From Dehalococcoidia bacterium (lineage in GTDB: Bacteria; Chloroflexota; Dehalococcoidia; Lucifugimonadales; UBA2985), in NCBI GenBank assembly GCA_034423135.1, contig DAOUJC010000006.1, positions 65,670-129,669 on the forward strand: a DNA stretch of 64,000 nt, written 5' to 3'. The position numbers and the translations under genes are program-made. Every line of letters begins with the position of its first letter. Within the stretch, counting starts at the first letter, position 1. Under the pieces are notes generated by a model. It was not told the origin of the DNA. It did no database searches and was given only the letters and a program-made list of their open reading frames with translations. This document shows positions 28,851 to 38,984 of the stretch, one piece after another.

Positions 28851-30317
28851 CTAGCCCAGGAAGTGGCGGAGCTGAGCGGCCTCCTCGACGTAGTTGAAGA
28901 CGTTGACGGCGGCGTCGCCCCTGTCCAGGCCGGCCCAGACTGCGCTGGTCAGCCCCTCGTGGACGCGGTCGATGTCGTTGGCAAACTGAGCCACCAGGCT
29001 AACGTACTTCTCGCCCAGCAGCTCGCGCACGCGCTGCTCGTTCGTGAAGCGCAGCGCGGCGCGGAGGTCGCCGTCCAGGCTGGGATACACCTCACGCACG
29101 AACTCCAAGTCGTTGGGGCTGAGGCCGGCCATGCCCAGCAGCTCCGGCGGAACTCCGATGGAGTAGAGCGCCGCGGAGAAGCCGATGGCCCTAGGGAGCG
29201 TGACGCCGCCGCCCAGCGTGCGTCCGTAGCCGAACAGCCCGACGTGCATCCTGCGCTCCCGGCGCCTGGGCACGTATGCGGCCACGTTCGATATGAAGCT
29301 GGCCAGCAGCTGCACCTGCGACTGGTACTCGGCCCTGGCCTTGTCGATCACCTCGCGGGCGCGTTGCTCGTCGATTGGCACCGGCTCGCTCTTATCGTGC
29401 GCCAGGATCTCGGCGATGCCGCGCTGGACTTCGTCCCTGGAGTAGTCGTACTTGAAGGCGGACTGGACTGTAAGCGTGTGCGCGCTGGGGTACTCGGTGA
29501 AGGCGCGGTCGACGTTGAGTGGAGTCAGGTGGCCGCGGAAGGGCACGCTGCCTGCGCCGATGATGGGGTAGATGCCGAGACCGATGCGCTGCTCCAGCCC
29601 GTGCAGTCGTTGCAGCGCCACCTTCAGCACAAGCTCTGCGGTTACCACGCCGTAGTTGAGGGCGGGATCGCTGCGGGCCAGGAACACTCGCTGGAACGGC
29701 AGATCCCGGTTGCGCACGTACTCCTCGACGATGCTGTCGCAGGTGAGCATGCTGTCCAGGTCCTCGACCAGCGGGACCACCCTGAGCTCCTTGGGGCAGA
29801 ACTCGCCGACCCAGTCCTTGACGATCTGGTCGCCAAGGAGCGCGCTCTCCTCCTGCTCCACTATAACCTTCCGGTAGTACGCCTCCACCATCGCCAGCTC
29901 CCACGCCGAGGTGGTCAGAGGCAGGATCACCTCCTGGATGGGAGCGTCGGCGCCCTCGCCGTAGAAGGTGGTGGCCGTGTCCCAGGCGGACGGAATGCTC
30001 TGCAGCGCCTCCACCATGGACTTGCGCATATTCCGCTCCACGCTTGGGTTGGGCACGCGCAGGGTCAGGGACACGTCCCGGCCCAGGCGCAGGCTGTCGA
30101 AGACGCGGGAGTAGCCGGTGAGGAGCTTGCGCACGACGTGGTTGTCGGCCTCCTTGCCCTCGGAGTCCCACATCTGCTCGTCGCAGCCCAGCGCGAAGAC
30201 GTCGACAGCCTCGTCGACCTCGCCCTCACCCTTCACGACGCCGTCGGCATCGGCGAAGGGCGCGGGCCTTGCGTTGTCCGGGTGCTGCGTGCTCATCACC
30301 TTTGGAATCAGTGCCAC
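28851..30317 (-). CDS. ppcA: archaeal-type phosphoenolpyruvate carboxylase
   Basis: The N-terminal IPKVMSTQHPDN signature is characteristic of PepcA-type enzymes. About 490 aa. Confidence 0.75.
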   Translation of the reverse strand: MALIPKVMSTQHPDNARPAPFADADGVVKGEGEVDEAVDVFALGCDEQMWDSEGKEADNHVVRKLLTGYSRVFDSLRLGRDVSLTLRVPNPSVERNMRKSMVEALQSIPSAWDTATTFYGEGADAPIQEVILPLTTSAWELAMVEAYYRKVIVEQEESALLGDQIVKDWVGEFCPKELRVVPLVEDLDSMLTCDSIVEEYVRNRDLPFQRVFLARSDPALNYGVVTAELVLKVALQRLHGLEQRIGLGIYPIIGAGSVPFRGHLTPLNVDRAFTEYPSAHTLTVQSAFKYDYSRDEVQRGIAEILAHDKSEPVPIDEQRAREVIDKARAEYQSQVQLLASFISNVAAYVPRRRERRMHVGLFGYGRTLGGGVTLPRAIGFSAALYSIGVPPELLGMAGLSPNDLEFVREVYPSLDGDLRAALRFTNEQRVRELLGEKYVSLVAQFANDIDRVHEGLTSAVWAGLDRGDAAVNVFNYVEEAAQLRHFLG

Positions 30318-30437
30318 TGCGAACCTCCCGCGGGGCCGGCGACATGGAATGCGGCCGCGGCCGCCGGTTCCGACCCTCGCCCCATTATACGCGAATGTTG
30401 CAAGTTGGCTGAACCCCTGCGGGGGAGAGGTTTCCCC

Positions 30438-30523
30438 GCCCGCTCGTGGTGAGCCTGTCGAACCATTTGAGCGGGCAGTCCTTCACCGACGTGCGCTCAC
30501 TTCCTTCGACGGGCTCAGTGTGA
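30438..30523. repeat. REP-like palindromic intergenic element, copy A
   Basis: Contains CGCTCGTGGTGAGCCTGTCGAACCATTTGAGCGGGC (35 of 36 identical to 34446-34481) plus an inverted partner, CCTTCGACGGGCTCAGTGTGA. Confidence 0.75.
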
Positions 30524-30697
30524 TCTGACTGCATGGGACGCACCCTGATACGGGACCGCAATCCAGCGGATAGGGATAGACCGCTGCCTACGCAGGGGTG
30601 GCCCGGTAGAGGCAGCCGTGGTGAACGCGGCCCGCAATGGCCGGGAGCCGTTTGGCGTTGCTCCGGCGGTCGTCGGGAGCCCCTAGGGCTTACGCGG

Positions 30698-32107
30698 CTA
30701 TTGGGTGCTCCGCGGTCGGTGTCTCGTAACACGGGACGCCTCCCAGGGCTGGCGAGTGAGGCCGCCTCCCATGCTCCGGTTGATCTCGCGCCACTTCGGC
30801 TCTTCATCCGGCGTGATGAACGTCACGGCCACACCGGCGCGGCCCATTCGCCCCGTCCGCCCTACCCTGTGTGTGAACAGCAGGTCGGAGTCCGGCAGGT
30901 CATAGTTGATTACCTGGCCAATGCCGTCGATGTCCAACCCGCGGGCTGCTACGTTGGTCGCCACGAGTATGGGTATGGCACCGGAGCGGAAGTCAGCCAT
31001 CACGCGCTCGCGTGCGTTCTGGCTGAGATTCCCCTGCAGTGCGCCGGCCGGGTATCCCTTCTCTCCCAGCTGTGAGGCCAGCTTCTTCACGCCTCGCTTG
31101 GTCTTGCCGAAGACGATGACAGCCTCGCCGTCACGCCGGTCCAGCAGAGTTCGGAGCGCACCCATCTTGTCGGACTTCTCGATGTTGTAGACCAGATGCT
31201 TCACTGCGGGCAGCGACTTCAAGTCTGCGTCCACCTCCACCGTGGCCGGGTCGCGCATGTACTTCGAGGCGGTCCTGGACACCCACTCCGGCATCGTCGC
31301 CGACAGGAGTGCTGTCTGCCGGCCGGAGGGCGTCCGGCTCAGGATGGCCTCGACGTCGTGCGCGAACCCCCTGTCCAGCATCTCATCCGCCTCGTCCAGC
31401 ACCATGAAGCGGACCGATTGCAGGTCAAGCGTGCCTTGCCGGATGTGGTCCAGTGTCCGGCCGGGGGTACCGATGATGATCTGGGCGCCGGTCTTCAGCG
31501 CGGTGTATTCCGGCCTGTACGACCGGCCGCCGTATAGCAGCGTGCAGCGCAGCGAGCGCGGCGACGCCATTGCCTCCGTTATTCCGGCCACCTGTATGGC
31601 CAGCTCGCGCGTCGGAACCAGCACCAGTGCCTGGACGCGCCGGTCGGATGGGTCGCACTGTTCTGCCAGTGGTATGGCGAATGCCAGGGTTTTTCCCGAC
31701 CCCGTACGTGCCTGCCCAATCACGTCCCGGCCCGCCAGAAGAAGGGGAATGGTCTTCTTCTGGATTGGCGTGGGTTCCGATATGTCCATGCGGGAAAGCG
31801 CCGCCCTCGTGGAGGCCTGCAGTGCCATTGCAGCAAACACCGGAGCGGAGGAGACGGAGGGGGCATCGCGCGAGGTTGGAGCCGCTTGGTCAAGCTGATC
31901 TGCGTCGAACGGCCCCTCGGGTCGTGAGACTGACCGTGTCGAGGAACTGCCGCGCTGCGTCTTGAAGCACGGAGAGCAGTAAACCGGGCGGTCCTGGCTT
32001 GGCCGGAACGGGACTGTGGTGGAAGTGCCGCAAACGGCGCATACGGCCTGATGACGGCGCCTGTAGCCGGCGTTAGCACGCCGGACAGTGGTGGACTGTA
32101 TTGCCAT
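30698..32107 (-). CDS. DEAD-box RNA helicase with an N-terminal CxxC...CxxC zinc-ribbon extension
   Basis: AQARTGSGKT, PTRELA, VLDEADEML, SAT and HRVGRTGR motifs. The N-terminus carries CAVCGTSTTVPFRPSQDRPVYCSPC. Confidence 0.9.
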   Translation of the reverse strand: MAIQSTTVRRANAGYRRRHQAVCAVCGTSTTVPFRPSQDRPVYCSPCFKTQRGSSSTRSVSRPEGPFDADQLDQAAPTSRDAPSVSSAPVFAAMALQASTRAALSRMDISEPTPIQKKTIPLLLAGRDVIGQARTGSGKTLAFAIPLAEQCDPSDRRVQALVLVPTRELAIQVAGITEAMASPRSLRCTLLYGGRSYRPEYTALKTGAQIIIGTPGRTLDHIRQGTLDLQSVRFMVLDEADEMLDRGFAHDVEAILSRTPSGRQTALLSATMPEWVSRTASKYMRDPATVEVDADLKSLPAVKHLVYNIEKSDKMGALRTLLDRRDGEAVIVFGKTKRGVKKLASQLGEKGYPAGALQGNLSQNARERVMADFRSGAIPILVATNVAARGLDIDGIGQVINYDLPDSDLLFTHRVGRTGRMGRAGVAVTFITPDEEPKWREINRSMGGGLTRQPWEASRVTRHRPRSTQ

Positions 32108-32229
32108 GAGGAAACGGACTCCTTATCCCAATGGGCCACAAAAGCGAAAGACGGGATCAGTCCGTTATCCTGTGTGTAGCCTTGGTGCGAAATTATGGTG
32201 TCGGCCCATTCTAACAGAAAACGGACAAG

Positions 32230-34356
32230 ATGGCTCCCTCTCGTCAGGGTAGACCTACGGAGCCTGCGAAATGGTCGCGCGCTCACCCCCGCATTGCGGG
32301 CGGTATGGTCGCGTGCTTTAATTGGGCCGCTGTGACCAATGCCTCGAACAGACTCTGGGGCGCCGCCGCGCTCGCCGCGCTGATGCTCCTCGCGGCGGCC
32401 GCGTGCGGGCACAGGATGGTCGAGCCGGAAGCCTCGCCGCAGCCCGCGGGTCCGCCGTGCGGTGAGCACGCCACAGTCGAACGCACACCCGTCGCGGATG
32501 GCGTGTACGCCTACCCCACGGAGGCGCTCGACCCGCCGTGGCTGGACGAGCGCAGGTCGGACCAGATTGCCGATGCTGACCGCCTCGACGTGTTCTGCGA
32601 CTTCCGCTTCGTCGACCTCGTGGAGGAGAGCGGCATCACCTTCCGGCACCGGCCGGTGGACGACGCGGCCCGCACCTACAAGGCCGTCCACTACGACCAT
32701 GGCAACGGCCTGGCCGTCGCTGACGTGGACGGCGACGGCCTCCACGACATCTACTTCGTGAACCAGATTGGCGCAAACCAGCTGTGGCGCAACCTGGGCG
32801 GCGGCCGGTTCGAGGACGTGACGGCGGCCGCGGGCGTGGCCGTCGACGACCGAGTGAGCGTGAGCGCGTCCTTCGCGGACATCGACAACGACGGCGACCC
32901 AGACCTGTACGTCACCGCCGTCCGCGCCGGCAACCTGCTGTTCGAGAACGACGGCGCGGGCAGGTTCCGCGACATTACGGCCGCCTCCGGCACGGGCTAC
33001 GCGGGCCACTCCTCCGGCGCCGTGTTCTTCGACTACGACGCGGACGGCCTGCTCGACCTGTACGTGACAAACGTGGGCCGCTACACGTCGGAGCAGCAGC
33101 GGCCGGTGTCGCGCGATGAGCCCCTCGCCGAGTACGAGTCGGGCAGCTACGAGTTTCTCAACGGCCTGGAGGACGCGTTCGAGGGTCATCTGTACCCGGA
33201 CCGCTCGGAGAGCAGCGTGCTGTACCACAACCTGGGCGGCGGCCGGTTCGCGGACGTCACGGAGGAGGCCGGCCTGGCGGATGCGGCTTGGTCCGGCGAC
33301 GCCACGCCCCTGGACGCAAACGGCGACGGTCTGCCGGACCTGTACGTGCTCAACATGCAGGGCCACGACCGGCTCTACTTGAACGCCGGAGGCCGCTTCG
33401 TGCTCAGCGAGGACGCATTCCCGCGCACGCCCTGGGGCGCGATGGGCGTCAAGGCGTTCGACTACGACAACGACGGCGACGTTGACATCTTTGTGACCGA
33501 CATGCACTCGGACATGAGCGAGGACATTGGGCCGGAGAGGGAGAAGGATAAATCCAGGATACAGTGGCCGGAGAGCTTCGTGCAGAGCAACGGCCGCAGC
33601 ATCTACGGCAACGCATTCTACGAGAACCAGGGCGACGGCACCTACCGGGAGATGTCCGACGAGCTGGGCGCGGAGACGTACTGGCCCTGGGGCCTCAGCG
33701 TGGGCGACCTCAACGCCGACGGCTACCAGGACGCGTTCGTCACGGGCAGCATGAGCTTCCCATTCCGCTACGCCGTCAACTCGCTGCTGCTCAACAACCG
33801 CGGCGAGGGCTTTGTGGACAGCGAGTTCATCCTGGGCGCGGAGCCGAGACGCGACAGGCGAACGGCCTCACCAGCGTTCGAGATCGACTGCGCGGGCGTC
33901 GACCGTCTACACCGCCTCTGCGAAGAGGAGGGCCTGAGCGGCCGCGTCGAGGTATGGGGCTCCATCGGCTCCCGCTCCTCCGCCGTGTTCGACATGGACG
34001 GCGACGGTGACCTGGACATCGTGACAAGCGACTTCAACGCGGGGCCGCAGCTGCTGGTGAGCAGCCTGGCAGAATCGCTGGACAGGCTCAGCTATGTGAA
34101 GGTGTCGCTGGAGGGCACCGAGTCCAACCGCGACGGGCTGGGCGCGACCGTGACCGTCCATGCTGGCGGCAACACGTACACCCGCGTCCACGACGGCAAG
34201 TCGGGATACCTGTCGCAGAGCCTGCTGCCGCTCTACCTCGGGCTGGGCGACTCGCCCTCAATCGAGAGCATTGAGGTGGCGTGGCCATCCGGGCGGCGGC
34301 AGAGCGTGTCAGGCCCGCTGGACGTGAACCAACTTGTGCACGTGCGGGAGGAGTAG
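32230..34356 (+). CDS. CRTAC1-like FG-GAP/VCBS repeat protein with an ASPIC/UnbV C-terminal domain (probable lipoprotein)
   Basis: Repeated DxDGDG(l)xDiyv segments. C-terminal NRDGLGATVTVHAGGNTYTRVHDGKSGYLSQS. Lipobox-like LLAAAACG. Start may be ATG 32305. Confidence 0.8.
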   Translation: MAPSRQGRPTEPAKWSRAHPRIAGGMVACFNWAAVTNASNRLWGAAALAALMLLAAAACGHRMVEPEASPQPAGPPCGEHATVERTPVADGVYAYPTEALDPPWLDERRSDQIADADRLDVFCDFRFVDLVEESGITFRHRPVDDAARTYKAVHYDHGNGLAVADVDGDGLHDIYFVNQIGANQLWRNLGGGRFEDVTAAAGVAVDDRVSVSASFADIDNDGDPDLYVTAVRAGNLLFENDGAGRFRDITAASGTGYAGHSSGAVFFDYDADGLLDLYVTNVGRYTSEQQRPVSRDEPLAEYESGSYEFLNGLEDAFEGHLYPDRSESSVLYHNLGGGRFADVTEEAGLADAAWSGDATPLDANGDGLPDLYVLNMQGHDRLYLNAGGRFVLSEDAFPRTPWGAMGVKAFDYDNDGDVDIFVTDMHSDMSEDIGPEREKDKSRIQWPESFVQSNGRSIYGNAFYENQGDGTYREMSDELGAETYWPWGLSVGDLNADGYQDAFVTGSMSFPFRYAVNSLLLNNRGEGFVDSEFILGAEPRRDRRTASPAFEIDCAGVDRLHRLCEEEGLSGRVEVWGSIGSRSSAVFDMDGDGDLDIVTSDFNAGPQLLVSSLAESLDRLSYVKVSLEGTESNRDGLGATVTVHAGGNTYTRVHDGKSGYLSQSLLPLYLGLGDSPSIESIEVAWPSGRRQSVSGPLDVNQLVHVREE

Positions 34357-34362
34357 GGCGGC

Positions 34363-34481
34363 GGAGGCTCAGCCTGTCGCGAGCCTCCGCGCGTAGTCCG
34401 CTCACGCCCTTCGACAGGCTCAGGGTGAGCGAACTCGCGATAGCCCGCTCATGGTGAGCCTGTCGAACCATTTGAGCGGGC
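34363..34481. repeat. REP-like palindromic intergenic element, copy B
   Basis: Hairpin GGAGGCTC...GAGCCTCC, then CTTCGACAGGCTCAGGGTGAGCG facing CGCTCATGGTGAGCCTGTCGAAC as an imperfect inverted repeat. Shares the 36-mer with copy A. Confidence 0.75.
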
Positions 34482-34545
34482 CTGAGTCCACGGGACACGG
34501 GCACCGCCCGTTGTCCGGCCTGCGGCAACCCGCTAGACTTGTGCC

Positions 34546-36018
34546 ATGATCCTGCTCACGCCGAGCCCGCGAATGACGTCCCTCGCCTTCATGAGGCGTG
34601 TGTTGCTGCCGGCTGTCGCGATGGCGGCCGTGGTACTGTCGGTCGTGGGCTGCGCGCCCGCAGAGCCTACAGTCCCTCCGACGCTTGAAGGCTTGCCGCC
34701 TGACGTCATCCTTCACGGCGGCCGCGTGATCACGATGGAGCCGGACATGACTCGCGCGGAGGCGATAGCTGTGCGCGGCGATGAGATCGTCGCCGTGGGC
34801 AGCAGTGACCAGCTGCTGGCGCTGGCGGGGCCGTCCACGCAGGTCGTCGACCTACAGGGCAGGGCGCTGCTGCCCGGCTTCATCGACGCCCACAACCACA
34901 TCTTCAGCGAGGCAATCCGCACGCGAAACCCGTCGCTTCAAGAGGCCCAGGACTACGCTCTGAGCTTGGGCATCACCGCAATGGCCGACATGTCCGTTGA
35001 GGCGCCCGTGCTCCTCGCACTGCGCAACTTCCACGATGCGGGCAGGCTGCGTGTCCGCACGAGCGTTTACCCGCCGTACAACCTCCACTGCGGCGAGTTG
35101 CTCGGTCACTGGTACGCTGAATTTCCGCCGGAACGCGACCCCGACGCCATGCTGCGAATTCTCGGCGCAAAGATCTTCCCCGACGGCTGGACGTGCGACC
35201 TGCTGCCGGCCTTCAGCTTTGAGCTGCGCGACGCCCCCGACGCGGAGAGCAGCCGCGGCCACCTGCTCGTCGGGCCGGACGAGCTTGCCCGCGTGCTCGC
35301 CGAGCTGGAGGCGATGGGCTATCAGGCGGCTGTGCACGCGCTCGGCGACCGCGCAGTCGAGAATGCGCTGGACGCCATCGAGAGCGTGCTCGCGGGCGCG
35401 CCGAACGACCTGCGCCATCGCATCGAACACAACATGTTCATCCGTCCTGACCTGATGGGCCGGTACGGAGAGACGGGCGCAGTGCCCGTAATCTGGGGCT
35501 CGGGGGCGTGCCACATCCGAAATACGTCGTGGCGCGACTCGGATGGCCGGCTGACGCATCGCTGGGGCGGGCCAGAGTCGCACCCGTGGATCAACCCCTG
35601 GCGTTCGCTTCTTGACGCCAATCCGGGGCTGCCCGTTGCATTCCACAGCGACATGTCGTGGGGCGAGCCGGGCCCTCTGGCCTATCTCTACAGCCTGGTC
35701 ACACGCAACGAGGTGTTTCTGGACGATTCGCCCATATGCGAGGCGCCGGAGTGGTTGAAGCACGAGGCCGTTGACGTCGAAGACGCGCTGCGCATGATGA
35801 CCACGGGCGCGGCCTACGCGCTGCTCATGGAGGAGAGGACCGGCTCGCTCAGGCCTGGCAAGCTCGCCGACCTGATCGTGCTGTCGGACGACCCGCTGGA
35901 GACCGACCCTGAGTCGCTGCACCGGCTGGAGGTGCTGGTGACGATGGTCGGCGGGCGCGTGGAGCACTGCGCAGCATCGGCTGAGTCGCTGTGCCCCGGA
36001 TACGCGGAGGGCGGCTAG
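34546..36018 (+). CDS. amidohydrolase-family metal-dependent hydrolase (probable lipoprotein)
   Basis: LLPGFIDAHNHIF metal-binding motif. N-terminal VVLSVVGCAPAE lipobox. Start is uncertain among three Met codons. Confidence 0.8.
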   Translation: MILLTPSPRMTSLAFMRRVLLPAVAMAAVVLSVVGCAPAEPTVPPTLEGLPPDVILHGGRVITMEPDMTRAEAIAVRGDEIVAVGSSDQLLALAGPSTQVVDLQGRALLPGFIDAHNHIFSEAIRTRNPSLQEAQDYALSLGITAMADMSVEAPVLLALRNFHDAGRLRVRTSVYPPYNLHCGELLGHWYAEFPPERDPDAMLRILGAKIFPDGWTCDLLPAFSFELRDAPDAESSRGHLLVGPDELARVLAELEAMGYQAAVHALGDRAVENALDAIESVLAGAPNDLRHRIEHNMFIRPDLMGRYGETGAVPVIWGSGACHIRNTSWRDSDGRLTHRWGGPESHPWINPWRSLLDANPGLPVAFHSDMSWGEPGPLAYLYSLVTRNEVFLDDSPICEAPEWLKHEAVDVEDALRMMTTGAAYALLMEERTGSLRPGKLADLIVLSDDPLETDPESLHRLEVLVTMVGGRVEHCAASAESLCPGYAEGG

Positions 36019-37229
36019 GCCTGCAGCGCGCGCGTGGCCCTGCGTCTGCCCTGGCTCCAGGTGATCATGAAGGCCATCACGCCCACGGCTATCACCAGTC
36101 CGGATGCGCGGAACACGTCCTCGATGCTGCCGCCGCTCTCGATGAGGCTGCCGCCCACAGAGCCGGTGAGCACGCCCATGATGAGGACGGCATTCGTGAA
36201 GCCGATCAGCGTGCCGTAGCCGTAGATCCTGCCCAGGTCCGTGGTGATGGCCAGCGAAGAGGGAAGAGCGGCGCTCTCCGATAGCCCCAGAATCAGGAAC
36301 AGCACCAGCAGCACCATGACGGTGCTGGCCAGAGGTAGCGCCTCCGTGCCGGCTGCCATCAGCAACCCTCCGCCGACGACCAGCAGGCTGCGCGGTACGT
36401 GGTCGGCCAGGCGCCCGAACAGCGGCTGGAATATGCTCGAAATGATTGCGCGCGAGCCGATCACCAGGCCAACAAGCGTCGCGCTGGCCAGAAGCGATTC
36501 GGTCATGAATATGGCAATGAAGGTGAATACGGACCCCATGCCCAGGCCAAAGGTGTAGTTGAAGATCATCAGTGACCACACGCGCAGGTCGCCGGCCATC
36601 TCGCGGAAGCTGGGCACCACCACATCATCCTCTCTTCTCCCGCCTGATGTATCCGGTAACAGGAACGTCACCATGAGCACCGCCACCACCGCGGCGGCGG
36701 CCAGTGTGAGGAACGTGGCGTCCACGCCGAAGTTGTCCTTGAGCACTCCGCCAACCAGCGGCCCGGCGCCGAACCCCGCCGTGAACGACACCATGAACAT
36801 GCCCATGTAGCGCCCCTCATGGCCCCTGGGCGAAAGCTCCCCGACCATCGCAAGCGCTGACGGGAACATGCAGGCTGCGCCGATACCCATACCCATGCGC
36901 AGCAGCGTGACGATCTGGTACGAGTCGGCCATGGACAGCCCGATGCCGATAAACACGTACACGGAGAGCCCGGCGAGGATGAAGCGACGCCTGCCCAGTC
37001 GATCGCCCAGCCTGCCGACGATTGGAGTGAGGGGCGTCTGCGTGATCGCAAAGCCTGAGAATGCGAGGCCCAGCCACACTCCCGATGCGCCCAAGTCTCG
37101 CACGAACACCGGCAGAATGGGCACCACCATGCCCAGCCCGCTGGCCATCACGAACATGGAGAACCACAAGATAGCAAAAGCCCGCCATCGGCGGGCCGTC
37201 GAGGTGGACTCTAGAGCCGGGGTGTTCAC
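36015..37229 (-). CDS. MFS transporter
   Basis: About 12 predicted hydrophobic helices. The GRLGDRLGRRR loop matches the MFS signature. Confidence 0.85.
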   Translation of the reverse strand: MNTPALESTSTARRWRAFAILWFSMFVMASGLGMVVPILPVFVRDLGASGVWLGLAFSGFAITQTPLTPIVGRLGDRLGRRRFILAGLSVYVFIGIGLSMADSYQIVTLLRMGMGIGAACMFPSALAMVGELSPRGHEGRYMGMFMVSFTAGFGAGPLVGGVLKDNFGVDATFLTLAAAAVVAVLMVTFLLPDTSGGRREDDVVVPSFREMAGDLRVWSLMIFNYTFGLGMGSVFTFIAIFMTESLLASATLVGLVIGSRAIISSIFQPLFGRLADHVPRSLLVVGGGLLMAAGTEALPLASTVMVLLVLFLILGLSESAALPSSLAITTDLGRIYGYGTLIGFTNAVLIMGVLTGSVGGSLIESGGSIEDVFRASGLVIAVGVMAFMITWSQGRRRATRALQA

Positions 37230-37475
37230 TTCAGGTGCCTGACCGCGATTGTATCACTCGGCACGCCTACCGCACAACAGGCAGGAATAGGTACGGCGGT
37301 GTGCTGGAGCTAACCGTTGACACCCCCACAGTGCGAAAGTATCCTGTACTTGAGCCGTTCGACTGTTGCAAGGCCGAAATCTTGCGAGAGAGGGGGCACA
37401 TTGCAGCAGTACGACCAGCATGAGTGCTACGGGTCCCTCATTCTCAGGCTGAAGGGCGTCAATTGCTTCTAGGTA

Positions 37476-38984
37476 GTGCGTAGGTCTCCAGCGACTTTGT
37501 ATTACTCCCTTATGAATGCGAACGAGCGACAGCAACCGCTTCCCGGCTTAACTCCCCGACTTTCGTACCCCTTTGGAACTGAGCACGCCCGCTCCTCGGG
37601 CGACCCATCGCCAAACGGTGGTGGCAACGCTGAGCGCCTTGCCCTATACCGGAGATTTGAGGATCGGCTCTCCACTGGCTCATTCCTGACTCGCAAAGTG
37701 GTGTCATACCAGGGAAACCGACGCGCACCGGGGTTTCGCTGGATGAAGTACAAGGAGGCATTCTCCGCAGCCTTGGTGGGCCACCTCATAGATGACGTCA
37801 AGCCCACCTCTGTCCTAGACCCATTCGCAGGCATCGGCACTACGCCCCTCTTGGCCGCCGGCCGTGGCCTATCAGCCACCGGCATCGAGATAATGCCCAT
37901 AGGGGTGTTGACTGGAAACGCGATTGCCCTCGCTGCCAACGGCCTGAGCTCGGCTGACTTTAGATGTGCTGCGTCTGCTATTCTTGACCACGGCCTGTCG
38001 GGCGCCGAACCTGGGCCAGAGTACGCGTTTCCCCATGTGCGAATTACGGCGTCGGCGTTCCCTCCTGAAACCGAGATAGAGATCGCGAAAGCGCGGGAGT
38101 TCCTGAATGCAGTGGACGACTCCGAAACCCGCGCCATACTCGACTTCGCCTGCATGAGCGTTCTGGAGGAAGCGAGCTACACTCGCAAGGACGGACAGTA
38201 CCTGCGATGGGACTACAGGTCTGGGCGGCCCCTGAGAGCACGCGTTCACAAAGGGCCGGTCCTGACTTTCGCAGCCGCTCTCGAGGCCCGCTTGGGCGAG
38301 ATGTCAGAGGATCTGGAACCATTGAAGCGGAGGTACGGTGGCGGCCGTCCGGAACTCGTCGAGGGCTCCAGCCTGGACCAACTAAGACGGCTGCCGGACG
38401 GCTCTTTCGATCTGGTTGTGACGTCGCCGCCTTACGCCAATCGCTACGACTACACGAGGACATACGCCTTAGAGCTTGCGTGGCTCGGATACAACGATCA
38501 AGCGTTCGGCATCCTTCGCCAGAGGTTGCTGTCCGCCACCGTTGAGAACAGGTCCAAGATGGGCTACCTGCAGAAACAGTACGGCGACTCGCCGCTACTA
38601 GCAGCCGCGATAGAAATGTACGAGGGTCAGGGCGCGCTGAACGAAGCACTCTCCATTCTCAGGGAACACGCTAGTGAGTTGAGCAACCCTCACGTGATAC
38701 GCTTGCTGGAAGGGTACTTCCTCGAAATGGCCTTGGTTGTTGCCGAACTGGGGCGCATTGTAGCGCCGGGAGGCGCCGTGTTCATGGTCAACGACAACGT
38801 GCAGTATCATGGCGAAGAGGTGCCGGTGGACCTGATCTTATCTGACTTCGCCGAGCAATCTGGATTCACTTGCGAGCACATCTGGGCGCTGCCGCGAGGA
38901 AAGGGGAACTCCAGCCAACAAATGGGGCGCTTTGGACGTCGAGAGCTTCGGAAGTGCGTGTACAAGTGGGTACGGTGTCAATGA
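37476..38984 (+). CDS. DNA methyltransferase with motif I preceding an SPPY motif IV (N4-C or N6-A)
   Basis: VLDPFAGIGTTPLLAAGRG (AdoMet motif I) lies about 190 aa upstream of DLVVTSPPYANRYDY. Alternative ATG start at 37512. Hand-sampled GC is lower, about 55%. Confidence 0.7.
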   Translation: MRRSPATLYYSLMNANERQQPLPGLTPRLSYPFGTEHARSSGDPSPNGGGNAERLALYRRFEDRLSTGSFLTRKVVSYQGNRRAPGFRWMKYKEAFSAALVGHLIDDVKPTSVLDPFAGIGTTPLLAAGRGLSATGIEIMPIGVLTGNAIALAANGLSSADFRCAASAILDHGLSGAEPGPEYAFPHVRITASAFPPETEIEIAKAREFLNAVDDSETRAILDFACMSVLEEASYTRKDGQYLRWDYRSGRPLRARVHKGPVLTFAAALEARLGEMSEDLEPLKRRYGGGRPELVEGSSLDQLRRLPDGSFDLVVTSPPYANRYDYTRTYALELAWLGYNDQAFGILRQRLLSATVENRSKMGYLQKQYGDSPLLAAAIEMYEGQGALNEALSILREHASELSNPHVIRLLEGYFLEMALVVAELGRIVAPGGAVFMVNDNVQYHGEEVPVDLILSDFAEQSGFTCEHIWALPRGKGNSSQQMGRFGRRELRKCVYKWVRCQ

